Below are positions 52,781-64,000 of a stretch of 64,000 nt of DNA, one piece after another. Each line of letters opens with the position of its first letter. Positions within the stretch are counted from its first letter, which is position 1. The DNA comes from Octopus vulgaris (taxonomy: Eukaryota). Below the pieces are notes generated by a model. It did no database searches and had not been told where the DNA came from. It saw nothing but the letters and a program-made list of their open reading frames with translations. The stretch lies in NCBI GenBank assembly GCA_951406725.2, contig OX597823.1, positions 102,424,001-102,488,000 on the forward strand, read 5' to 3'. The position numbers were made by a program, and so were the translations under genes.

Positions 52781-55364
52781 ATAAATATATAGATATAATG
52801 TTTAGGTGGCATTAATTACAAAGTGATTCAAAGGCCAAGAGTTTCATGCATGGCTCTGATGCACGAAATTCTCGGACCTTGAGTCACTTTGCAATTAATA
52901 TCGATTTGTATTGTTGTCTCACTAATCTTACTAAAAATCTATCTCCATCGGTTTCGATCATAAGTATTCAATTGTTTGATCAACTGAATTGTACCTCCTC
53001 ATTGAATTTACTTTTTATGTGGCTGTGTATTCCACAGACAAATGTAAGATTAACGTAATTCTCAGACAGAATCAGCATGACACAGTACGCAACAGGTCTT
53101 GGCATTTTAAGTAACAAGTACAATCCATCCGGAAAGTTTCCGCATCTACCCAGTTATACTCAAAAGACTTGGGATGACACGAGGCTGTGGTGGTAAAAGA
53201 CACTTCCCTAAATTGGCAGGCTGTGGAATCTAACCCGGGGCCTTACGTATTCCTAAGTATTCGCCCATGCTGCTTGTAAGTAAAGACGAAAACTGATCTA
53301 ACTTTCGCTTCTTCCATATCCAGAATGTGTGTAGGAACCAACAAAGAAGCTTTTATGCCAGTCGTGGGCAACTTATCTTCAAGCAGCGGGACCCACTACT
53401 AAATAAATTCAAGGAAATTTTTCGTTAGGCGTACCATGCAAAAAGTCTCGTGGGCCGCAGTTTTTTTCCATGACTCTTCTATGCAGTTACTTAACCTGCT
53501 AGAAATACCAACCAAATTTCCTTCCAAACACACTCTGCAATCCTTTGAAAAGGAAGGATACTGTGGATAATGTTGTCCTTGATAAATGTGGGACTAAAAA
53601 TAACAACGTTATACTTTCGTGTTGAATATACTCAAATCACACGCGCGCGAATATGAACGCATACGCACGCACTCACGATGTTTGATTGATTGCTCGAAAT
53701 CAATTTTGAATAAGATCAGGAAGAAATAAAGTTAGCTTACTAGCAAGCAAGGGAAACAACTCCTAGCATTTCTGCTCGTCGACAGTAAGGAAGGGAGATA
53801 ATTCCTAGCGTCTCGCTTGCTGAACCTGTTGTAACAGTTAATTATATTAAAATATTCGTTAAAAAAATATTAATATTAATTATTGCCTCAAAATGTAATT
53901 AAATGCTATTTTATTTAAAAGGCCACTGAATAACACACTGATATTTTTCTAATCTTTGTACCCAAAGCCATCTCTTTTTCTTATGTAAATGTACTTGTAT
54001 GGTGTCTTTATAATTTTACATATTCGATCTGCGTGTTTTTAGAAGTATATAAATATACTTTATATATTCATTTAGTCAAAAGTTAAATTTTACTCCATCG
54101 CTACACTAAAATTTCCTGCTTCTGTTACAGTCTTCAGTTGCTTTTAAGAACAAATAGAGATTGGAAACAGAATAGCAAGACGTTAGGAGTCTTAACTTTG
54201 AATGAATAAATAAACTCTACTACGTATTTTAAATACTTTCTCTTCCATTTGTAAAAACACACACACACACACACTTTCCAAAAGAAAGAAGGAATTATAT
54301 GTATATTATATAGAAATGTAAGATAAATATATGGACATGTGTTTTTAGTAAACCTATTTTAGTACCATTGTTAAAATGTAGGCATCAAGGTTTTCTGTCA
54401 CTGTGTCTAGAAAAAGAGATTGACCTGACTATTTTCAGGTTTTATTAAATCCATATCAGAGAACAACTACTCTTCCTTGACCACAAAAAGAATAGTAACT
54501 TAAAACTCTATATTGTATACAGAAACTGAGACAGAACTGAATTGGTTTGCCTAATTTGCATATCAGTACAAGTTATTGGCAATGTGAATCAATTAATTTA
54601 TAGAAGTTCTATACAACATTTAAGGTAAGTGGTAAACTTATGAGCTCATGTTTTTAGTAAGCATACATTGTAACTTTGCTGTTAAAAGTGGTCCTTGTGA
54701 TGGAATCATAGGACTGTCTTCTCTGTCCAGAAAAGACAATGATCTGATGTCCTTTTCATTGGCTGCCTCACTAGTCCAAGCCTGTTCTCATAGTTTCTAT
54801 GACTGGATGTCCTTCCTATCACCAACCACTTTACAGAACATAGTGGATACATTTTATTGTGGTACCAACCCTAAAATGATAGGCATGTTTTGACAAAACA
54901 AAGAGGCTCCCTCCACCTAACATTGTCTCCGCTTGGTTGGCAACAAATTTACAGAGCATGCTAACTGCATTTTATAATGGCACCTACACTAGTTGTGTTG
55001 CCTCATAAAATTAAAGAGTCTTCATTAGTCTCTGGTGTGTTCATTCATTTAGAGCAATATGTTCAAGAAGGTGAATGGAAGATAGAGAAATTGCAGAACC
55101 AGGATGGGTGGGTGAAGTGAGTTAGGGTATGTTGGTGAGATTAGTTATTTCTTCCTAACCACAGAGAGAATAGTAACTTAAAGCTTTTCACAACAAGATT
55201 AAAATGCATGTTTACTAAAGACGCATGCCCAAACATTTACCTTACATTCCCACTTATTCTAAATGCTGTGAAGTGTTTCTATTAATTAATTCATTCACCT
55301 TGTCAATGCTAATGCTGTGATACAAATTGCAGACCCTTTAGTTCCATCCATGTGCATGTATACA

Positions 55365-55760
55365 TTGTTGTTGTTGTTGGCACTCCGTCACTTACGACGA
55401 CAAGGGTTCCAGTTGATCTAATCAACAGAAGAGCCTGCTTGTGGAATTAACGTGCAAGTGGCTGAGTACTCCACAAGCACGTGTACTCTTAATGTAGTTC
55501 TCAGGGAGATTTAGCATGACACAGAGTGTGACAAGTCTGGCCTTTTGAAATACAGGTCCAACAGAAACAGGAAGAAAGAGAGAGAGAAAGTTGTGGTGAA
55601 AGAGTACAGCAGGGTTCGCCACCATCCCCTGCCGGAGCCTCATGGAGCTTTTAGGTGTTTGAGCTCAATAAACACTCACAACACCCAGTGTAGGAATCAA
55701 AACTGTGATCCTATGACCACAAGTCCACTGCCCTAACCACAAGGCCATTGCGACTCCACG
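55365..55760 (-). mobile_element. Near full-length tRNA-derived SINE (family C) with (CAA)n tail
   Basis: Reverse head gtggagtcgcaatggccttgtggttagggcagtggac...gttttgattcct; tail seen as (ttg)n at 55365-55379. Confidence 0.8.
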
Positions 55761-56216
55761 TGTATACATTAAACACCTATAAGTTACTCTTCTTTCTTCA
55801 ACTAGGTTTGAATAATAAGAGAATTTCAATGAGATTTTAATAAAATATTGATTTAAAATTTTGGCACAATGCCAACAATTTCAGGGGAGGGAGTAAGTTG
55901 TTTATATTGACCCAAGTGTTTGACTGGTACTTATTTTGCTGACCCCAAAACAATGAAAGGCAAAGTTGAGCTTGACAGAATTTGAACCCAAAATAAAAGA
56001 TGGGTAAAATGCTGCTAAGCAATTTTTCTGGTATACGAACCATTCTGGCAGCTGACTGCCATAATATTTAAATAGAAATATTGAAACTACTCTGGACACA
56101 AAGAAAAAATCCTGTGGTTTAAAAAACAGCAAGAATATAATGTACGCTTACCAAACCTACATACTTATGAGTTTTATCTTTCATTTGCACTTATGACAAA
56201 TGTGGTCGAGTACTTT

Positions 56217-56265
<49 letters not shown>

Positions 56266-56378
56266 TTGTTTTGCAAGATTTTTGACGTGAAATCGTGTGT
56301 TGAAACAGATATTGTTGTATTTAGGAATGGTCATTTTGCCATTTATTGGCTAAACTGGCAAAATGACCATTCCTAAAT

Positions 56379-56423
<45 letters not shown>

Positions 56424-56780
56424 GCATACACACACATGCACACACACACATGCACACACACACACACATGCACATGCACACACACATATACACACACACA
56501 CACACATGTATGAACATGTATGTATGACAGGCTTCCTCCAGTTTTTCTTTACCAAATCGACTCACATGGCTTTAGTCAGCCCAAGGCTATAGTAGAAGAC
56601 ACTTGCCTAAAATGCTAGCCAGTGGGTGAACCTGGAACCATGTGGTTGGGAAGCAGACTTCTTCCAACACAACTATGCCTACACCTGAATTGATATGTAT
56701 ATATCCAATGAAAAGAAGACAAAGAAAATTCTTTAATACATTTGCTATATATCTATATCTATATATATATTTGCTATTTG

Positions 56781-56822
<42 letters not shown>

Positions 56823-56854
56823 GTATATATGTATATATATATATATATTTATAC

Positions 56855-57295
56855 ATTTGATTATCCCATAAATAATGCGGTTTTTTCAATAGTATGAACT
56901 CAAAGTCAGATGGGGATAGGATGAACTACCTGCATCAACTTGCTATAAAAGCCGGTAGTAATTTTACTCCTTACTTATTCTTAGTGCAAGTTTTGGAGAG
57001 TGCAGTTCCATTTTAACAGTTATTTTTTCAAAGCTATAATAGACATAACAAAGGAGCATATTTGGCATATTTTGTTTTATGGGCTCTATAAAAGCAACAA
57101 CGCAACGAAAAGTGTGAAGGATATTAATGCAGTATACGGGGATCAGATAATAAGTGTAAGCCAGTGTCAGCAGTGGTTTCAGAATTTCTGAGCCTGAAAT
57201 TAAAGCCTAGAATATCCTGGAAAATCTGCAGAGCTTGACGAGGATGTCCTACAAACTCTGGTGGAATAAAATCCCATTGTAAATGTTGAAGAATT
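56855..57295 (+). mobile_element. Mariner 5' fragment
   Basis: KEHIWHILFY...NATKSVKDINAVYGDQIISVSQCQQWFQNF (mariner HTH), preceded by a TIR-like cccataaataatgcgg. Confidence 0.8.
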
Positions 57296-57770
57296 GACCT
57301 TACAATGTAAGCATGGCCACTCCACTAGCAATGTGCACCAATTCCCCATGACCATCTCTCAAGTTTGCTGAATCTTCTTGTCAGTGGTGGAGGTTGACGG
57401 GTGCCCTGCTCTCTCTTCATGCGTCACACATGTCCAACCATTTTTAAATGTCTCATCCCACTCATACACACTTCAAAGTAGTCGTGCACTGTCCCCATAT
57501 TATGCTAAAAGCCGCTGATGAATTTCAGTACCTGACATACCTTCCAATCAAAGAAATCAGATCACTGCTCTTGGTTCTTCTTTGGTGCACATTGCTAGCA
57601 GAGTGGCCATGCTTAGACTGTAAAACCAGAAAGAAAAATGGTGCAATCAGGTTCAAACTTAGATCAAATGACCACATTAGCAGCAACTATAAGCACGCAT
57701 GCTCAGAAGGCAGTGTGACAATAATAAAGATATGTGATGATGAAAGTGCAGATAATTCTTGACTTCCATA
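57296..57770 (-). mobile_element. Second mariner 5' fragment
   Basis: Reverse translation TKEEPRAVI..EGMSGTEIHQRLL..YGDS..SVYEW..FKNG..EERAGHPSTSTTD. Confidence 0.75.
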
Positions 57771-57778
57771 TATATATT

Positions 57779-58232
57779 TGTGTAAATAATGGGCTTTTCT
57801 TTATTTTTGTTCATTTTGTTCTTTTTGTTCTTCGTGTAGTTCAGGCTTCCGGCAGGCAAAGAGGGAAGACTTCAAGTACAAATGCTATTTACAAGTGGTT
57901 TATTTACAGGATTCACAGGATAGGTGTAGTGTGCTGCTCTCAGCTACCATCTTTAGCTGTGTGCATTGTGTAGTAGCTCCATTAGAGCGGGCGCATTGCC
58001 TCTGGAGATACAATATATAGACAGGACCAGCCCGCGTTGGTGGTCACAAAGTGGTGCCAAAAAGAGAGAGATTTGGATCAAGTTTTCCCTTTATATAGTT
58101 CTCCATCGCAAGCCTCATTTTGATCTCACACATGCCAAATGTATACAGGTGAGGTCTCGCACCAGTCTCGAAAATGGCAATGGTTGCTGCGAGATCTCAT
58201 CCAATATGGCGCTGACTGCTTGTGCCACTACA
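57779..58232 (-). mobile_element. Probable solo LTR
   Basis: TGT...ACTACA termini in TA-rich context; - strand TATA (ctatataaag ~58090) and AATAAA (~57800); TSD ambiguous. Confidence 0.45.
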
Positions 58233-58234
58233 TA

Positions 58235-60682
58235 TCTCTATATTATAAATCTGAAATGCGAAAAGTTTGTTTCTTTGTTTGTCTGGTTTTGGCATAGAGA
58301 ACAGGTTAAAGGCCACTAGATCCCGTCGGATTGACTCCAAAATTTACAGGGACATGTAAAATGAGGTGAGGGTGCTAGGTTAGAAATCCCCATCTTAAAA
58401 GGTGTCGTTGCTAAGGCCAAAAACGCACTTTGACAAGTCTACTCTCATTCTTTTATGTATCTGTCTTCCTCCATCACTCATTCTCTTTCCTCCCTTCCCA
58501 TCACTTTCTATATATAACGTCATTTCACAGCGTCTATCTCCCTTACCTTCACTTTCTCTTTATGACGTCGTTTCACAGCGTCCTCAAACTCCCCCTCCTC
58601 CCCACCTTCGACAGCGCTTTCACACACTCTCACTCTCTACGTCTGTCTGCATTCATAGAGAGAATTATCATCACCACTACCACCACACAATCATGAGAAC
58701 AAATATTATGAATCAGATATTTATTGGGTTAATTTATATATGTGTGTGTGTGTGTTCTATATATATGTACACTACCGTCAGAAATTAATTAGCACCCTTG
58801 ATTTGCTCTTCACTCAAGGTATTTGCTGTCACCTAGTGGCCATATCTCGAACTATTGCTTTGTTGTGAGTTCACTGTTGTGCAGAACGATGACGTAACTT
58901 TGTTTGCAGAGCAGTTTGAGAGTCTACAGCCTAATGATGTGGACATAGCAGTGCAGCAACAACTTGGAGTGCGGATGCAGACAAATCTTCCTTTGTTTAA
59001 TAGATATAGGTAGCGCCTCGCAAGGACCGATATCACACCGTACTAAGTTTTCTCATCGCGTAAGACGTTTTGAACAGCTCGTAGGTTAATTGATTTGTGT
59101 ATTTGCAAGATTTTTTTTTCCTCACAAATCCTCCTACACTCTGCTTGATGATGTCACTTCCGGTTCACAAAACTTTCTGTTATACATCAAATACGGTGAG
59201 AAATTCTGCTTTCTTTCTTTTTTGTTTAATGAATAATAACTCATAGCAGTTTTGTTATAGCATAACATTATTCAAATGAATAGTTTTAATGAAAATAACT
59301 GGTTTTTATCGTTCATTTCTAGATGGGCCCAAGACCTCGCATGACCTTGGAGAGACGGTACGAGGCTCTCTCGTGGCGTGGGAAGCTGTCGGAGGCTGCA
59401 ATAGCCAGAAAACTTGGTGTAGCCAGGCGCACAATTCAGTGCTTATTTAAGAAATACGAGGAAACCAGATCAGCAGCCGACAAAAAGGGTAGGGGACGGA
59501 AGAGGCTGAGGACCCAGCAGGAGGACCGGATGCTGATCCGAAAGTCACTGTACAACCGAAGGGCAACGAGCCGGCAACTGGCGGAGGAGATGCAAAAGAT
59601 GACAGGGAAGCAGTTGTCTACAACCACCGTCAAGACCAGATTACTGGAAGCCGCTCCTTACAGCCCAAAACCGGAAGAAGCGGCTGCTCTGGGCCCGTGC
59701 AGCAGTGGCAGACAGTGATGTTCACTGACGAGTCGTGATTCAGTCTCGTCAGTGACAAGCCTGTCCATGTGCGACGCCGCAGGGGTGAGCGCTTCAACAA
59801 AGACTGCATTGCTCCCACCATGAAGCATGGTGGGGGTGGTCTGATGGTGTGAGGGGCGTTCAGCTACAGTGGTGTTGGGCGGCTCTATGCCGTCGAAGGC
59901 AACATCAACGCAGCAAAGTACATTGAGATAGTACGGGATACCTCTTTGGTGGCGAGGAGTACGTGCTCCAGCAGGACAACGCGCCTTCCCACACAGCCAA
60001 GCTCACAACCGGTTTCTTCAAGGACCATGGGGTGACGGTCATGGACTGGCCTGGCCAGTCACCTGACCTGAACCCTATTGAGAACCTCTGGAGTCGATTG
60101 GGTAGGGATTTGAATGTGCAGCAATACAGGAACCGACACGAGCTGTTTGGGGCACTTCTTGCTGCATGGAGGGCCATCCCTGCACAGTACCTGCAGGCAC
60201 TCATAGACAGTATGCCGACCTGCGTAGCAGCTGTCATTGCTGCCAAAGGAGGAGCAACAAGATATTGACTAAATTTCACGATTAATAACAATTATGTGGT
60301 GTGCTGGGATATGTTTTAATAAATTTTTGATTAAAAACGAGTTCGTTTCTGATAATAAGTTAATTAAATTAAGAAAATGTAAGAAAATGTAGAAATTTGA
60401 GAAGTGCTAATTAATTTCCGACGCAAGTGTATATATAATGTATATATACAAAGTGTATATATCTGTATTTATGTATATTAAACTTTTTAATACTTTTTGA
60501 TAGTTATATATATTTTTAAACAAATTATAAATATAAATTAATAATTTTAATTTTAAATTTAAATAATTTAAATTTTTTAATTTTATATTTTACATATTTT
60601 GTACATTATATTTTTACTTTTATGTTTTGGGTTATGTTTTTCGCTGTTTAATTTGCCTAATAGTGGTTTTATCTCTAATTTA

Positions 60683-60715
<33 letters not shown>

Positions 60716-61671
60716 ATTTGTATACATTTGTATATATAATGCGTACACACACACACACGCATATACATATAATGCGTATATATATATATATATATATAAT
60801 GTGTGCATTATGTGGTCGGTTGTGCTGAAAATATGCACACCTATGTTAAAAGTGCTGGCAAGTTTGCATGACAACTATTTTTTTCCTCAAATGAAAGGCG
60901 TCACCTCTAGGACAAAATTCCTCATCTTATAAAATGTGGCCCGAGTAGACCCGAATGAAATCGGGTTACATTAACCAAAATGTGAAAAGGGGTCTAAATG
61001 GTGATTAAAATTTACAGGAGCGGGTGTTTAGCAATTCTCTGTTACATCAAGCTAAAAAATTTGCGCTAGCCTTTAAATCGTTAATGTGTTGTCGTCCATG
61101 ATGAATAAGTTTTGAATGCTTGCCATGGTGAGTCTACTGTCGTGAGAAAGAATCAATTCAAAACTTGGTGTTTAGGAATTTTCTTTTACAAGTTCAAAAT
61201 TTTACGCCAGCCGTTAAACTGTCAATACGTTGCTGTCTGTCATTAAGAAATGCCAGCCATAGTGACTCTACAATCCTCAGATTCTATCCCTTCAAACTTT
61301 GGTTTCCAATATTTTTTTTTTTTAATTTTTATTCAGCTCGCAAGTTCGTCTGTCCCTTTTAAATGTTAGTGTTTTGCTGTCTGCCTTGAAGCAGACTTTT
61401 CCATTGTCACTCCCTGATATTTATGATTGATCTTTCTAAATATTTTATTTCTCAACTTACTCAAGATCTTTTGTTGTTTATAAATGGGAGAGAGATAGAT
61501 AAAGATAGATAGTAAGAGAAAGCGAGGGAGAGTCCGAGAGAAAGGAAGAGTAAGAGAGTGGGAAAGTGAGAGAGAAAGGAGAGAGAAACAAAGAGGGAGA
61601 ATGTGGTGATAAAAAACAGAAAGTAAGAACCACACTCTTACCCGAGCGTAGAGCGGGTCACCTTAAGCTAG
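58235..61671 (+). mobile_element. Non-autonomous Helitron-like element hosting a Tc1 insertion
   Basis: a|TCTCTATATTATAAA 5' end; 3' hairpin acccg-agcgtagag-cgggt then CTAG|t at 61671. Confidence 0.55.
58770..60429 (+). mobile_element. Full-length Tc1 (DD34E) transposon, transposase inactivated
   Basis: TA flanks; TIR cactaccgtcagaaattaattagcac / gtgctaattaatttccgacgcaagtg; transposase 59323-60268 with HTH, GRGRKR, MFTDES, QQDNAPSH, SPDLNPIENLW; stops and frameshifts. Confidence 0.95.
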
Positions 61672-61695
<24 letters not shown>

Positions 61696-61705
<10 letters not shown>

Positions 61706-62194
61706 GAATTAGAGATAAAACCACTATTAGGCAACTCAAACAGTGATAGACATAAACCATAACATAAATAACAAATAAAATTTTTAAAAAAATTTTTTTT
61801 TAATTAAAAAAAATTTTTTAATTTAAAATTTTAAAACAAATTTTTTTATATATTTTTAATTTTGTAAAATTAAAAATTTTTTTTTATTTTTTCAAATTTT
61901 CTTTTTTAAATTTTTTTTGGGGAATTTTTTTTAAATTAAAAAAATTTATTTTTTTCTTTAAAAAAATTTTTTTTTTCATTTAAAAAAAAATTTTTTTAGA
62001 TATATATTATATATTATATTAATTATATTTATATTATTTGCTATTTATGTATTGGTTTATGTCTATCACTGTTTGAGTTGACTAATAGTGGTTTTATCTC
62101 TAGTTCATATTTTACATATTTATACAGTGAAATTTGATTTAATCCTAAATCTAATTTTTCCCTGTTAGTTTGGAGCCATACTCCCTAATATTAC

Positions 62195-62200
<6 letters not shown>
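61696..62200. repeat. AT-rich element with ~85-bp inverted terminal duplication between (TA)n runs
   Basis: 61698-61780 is an inverted copy of 62034-62114; related fragment at 60628-60690. Confidence 0.7.
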
Positions 62201-62232
<32 letters not shown>

Positions 62233-62235
<3 letters not shown>

Positions 62236-62592
62236 GTACTGATCCGTGATAGAAAATTCAACAAAAAAGTACTCCATCTGATGAGAGATAAATTTTATTA
62301 TTTAAAGGTCACAATACATGCATTAAAATGCTACTAATTGTTTCATATGTTGAGAGAACTCAAGCATATTCTTCAGACGTAAACCACATATTACGAACTA
62401 AAAGATTGAATAAATAGAAGAATGTTAGACTTTATATTGAGGGAAAAGGGAGGGGTGAACTAAATTTCCCTTGGCCTATTTTTGGTTGGTTATTATCCTG
62501 ATTAATACTAGAGTGGTTATGTACTACTTTATCTTAGATGCCATTAGATCTATTAATAGTGCTTTAATACATGTATTGCGACCTTTAAATAA
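62233..62592 (-). mobile_element. PLE-tail remnant with HHR motif (62327-62380) and short inverted duplication
   Basis: Reverse complement: CTGAAGA-atatg-cttgag-ttct-ctcaa-catat-GAAAC-aatta-GTA; 62297-62335 is inverted at 62555-62594. Confidence 0.65.
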
Positions 62593-62599
62593 TATATAT

Positions 62600-63180
62600 A
62601 TCATCATCATCATCATCATCGTTTAACGTCTATTTTCCATGCTGGCATGGGTTGGATGGTTTGACTGAGGTCTGGAAAGCCAGTGGTTGCAACAGGCTCC
62701 AATCTGATCTAGCAGTGTTTCTACAGCCTGATGCCCTTCCTAATGCCAACCACTCCGAGAGTGTAATGGGTGCTTTTTATGTGCCACCAGCACAGTAGTC
62801 AGTCAGACAGCCCTGGCATCAATCACATTGATATAGTGCTTTTTACATGCCACCAGCATGGGAGCTAGTCAGGGGGCACTGGCATCGGCCAAATTCGGAT
62901 GGTGCTTTTTGCATGCCACTGGTGCAGGGGCCAGTCAGGGGGTACTGGCAGCGACCACGTTCAGATGGTGCTTTTTACATGCCACCAGCACCACAGCTAC
63001 GATTTTGGTTTTACTTGACACAACAGGTCTTCTCAAGCATATCATATCACCTGATGCCTCAAGGATACTTTTGAATGGGCCGGACATGCAACACTGGCAT
63101 CAGCCATGGCTGTGATCCCACTTTAGTTGCCAGGTCTTCTTAATTACAGCATATCTCCAAAGGTCTCAGTCTCTTGTCAT
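62600..63180 (-). mobile_element. RTE LINE 3' end (reverse), (CAT)n tail
   Basis: Reverse homolog of ~3400-3899, including the ggtgctttttacatgccacc subrepeats. Confidence 0.85.
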
Positions 63181-63228
63181 TATATATATATATATATAGG
63201 AGTGGCTATATATATATATATATATATA

Positions 63229-63352
63229 GGCATAGGAGTGGCTGTGTGGTACCTTGGGCAAGCGTCTTCTACTATAGCCTCGGGCCGCCCAAAGCCTTGT
63301 GAGTGGATTTGGTAGACAGAAACTGAAAGAAGCCCGTTGTATATATGTATGC

Positions 63353-63390
<38 letters not shown>

Positions 63391-63574
63391 TTGTCCCCCC
63401 AACATTGCTTGACAACCGATACTGGTATGTTTACATCCCCGTAACTTAGCGGTTCGGCAAAAGAGACCAATAGATTAAGTACTAAGCTTACAAAGAATAA
63501 GTCCTGGGGTTAATTTGCTTGACTAAAAGTGGTGCTCCAGCATGGCCAGTCAAATGACTGAAACAAATAAAAGA

Positions 63575-63576
<2 letters not shown>
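63229..63576 (+). mobile_element. tRNA-derived SINE (family A), head deleted
   Basis: Matches 35299-35707. Confidence 0.88.
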
Positions 63577-63625
<49 letters not shown>

Positions 63626-63663
63626 TGTATGTGTGTGTATGTATGTATGTATGTATGTATGTA

Positions 63664-63694
<31 letters not shown>

Positions 63695-64000
63695 GTGTGT
63701 ACATATGTATACATTACAGCAGTATCAGTACCTAGTAGTGTTAGGTATAAATGAACTTTAGATTAATTAAAAAATGTTTGTAACATATTTCAACTTTAAA
63801 AGGCAAAGTCACTGCAGTTACCACGGAGAAAAAATTTTCCCTTATGGCTAAAAGATATAAAAGCACCACATCTGTCCAGTGCTACCCCTGTTGGATTTCC
63901 AACTGTTTAGCCATTATCAATGGGAAATACCAAAGAGACGCAAGTTTAGACAGGCTTAATTAAAGTTACAGCTTTAACTAAAACACAGTCGACCACACTG

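Noticed and set aside
55690-55760. tRNA-like sequences (also 35299-35370 and ~51420)
   Set aside because: SINE heads with A/B boxes; no complete cloverleaf, and at 55.7 and 35.3 kb they run directly into SINE bodies.
62278-62300. ctgatgag on the + strand
   Set aside because: No matching stem II/GAAAC downstream; the supported motif here is on the - strand.

Overview
AT-rich, microsatellite-dense animal DNA, most likely an octopus/cephalopod genome (inferred from the SINE families and repeat landscape). The only host gene I can support is the last three coding exons of a Polo-like kinase (polo-box domain, + strand, 4982-11443). The rest is a layered transposable-element landscape: an RTE LINE with a PHD finger inside its RT, a full-length Tx1/L1-like LINE with a 16-bp TSD, two related ORF1-bearing derivatives, a Neptune-type Penelope-like element (GIY-YIG), Tc1/mariner, hAT, non-autonomous Helitrons, solo LTRs and many tRNA-derived SINEs. 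About nine hammerhead-ribozyme (HHR) motifs were read by eye. The top candidate for novelty is a ~2.2-kb insertion (30444-32607): 229-bp HHR-bearing inverted repeats enclose a LINE ORF1-only cassette, and a paralogous empty site lies ~6 kb downstream. All calls are by manual reading; repeat boundaries are approximate and no database searches were run.
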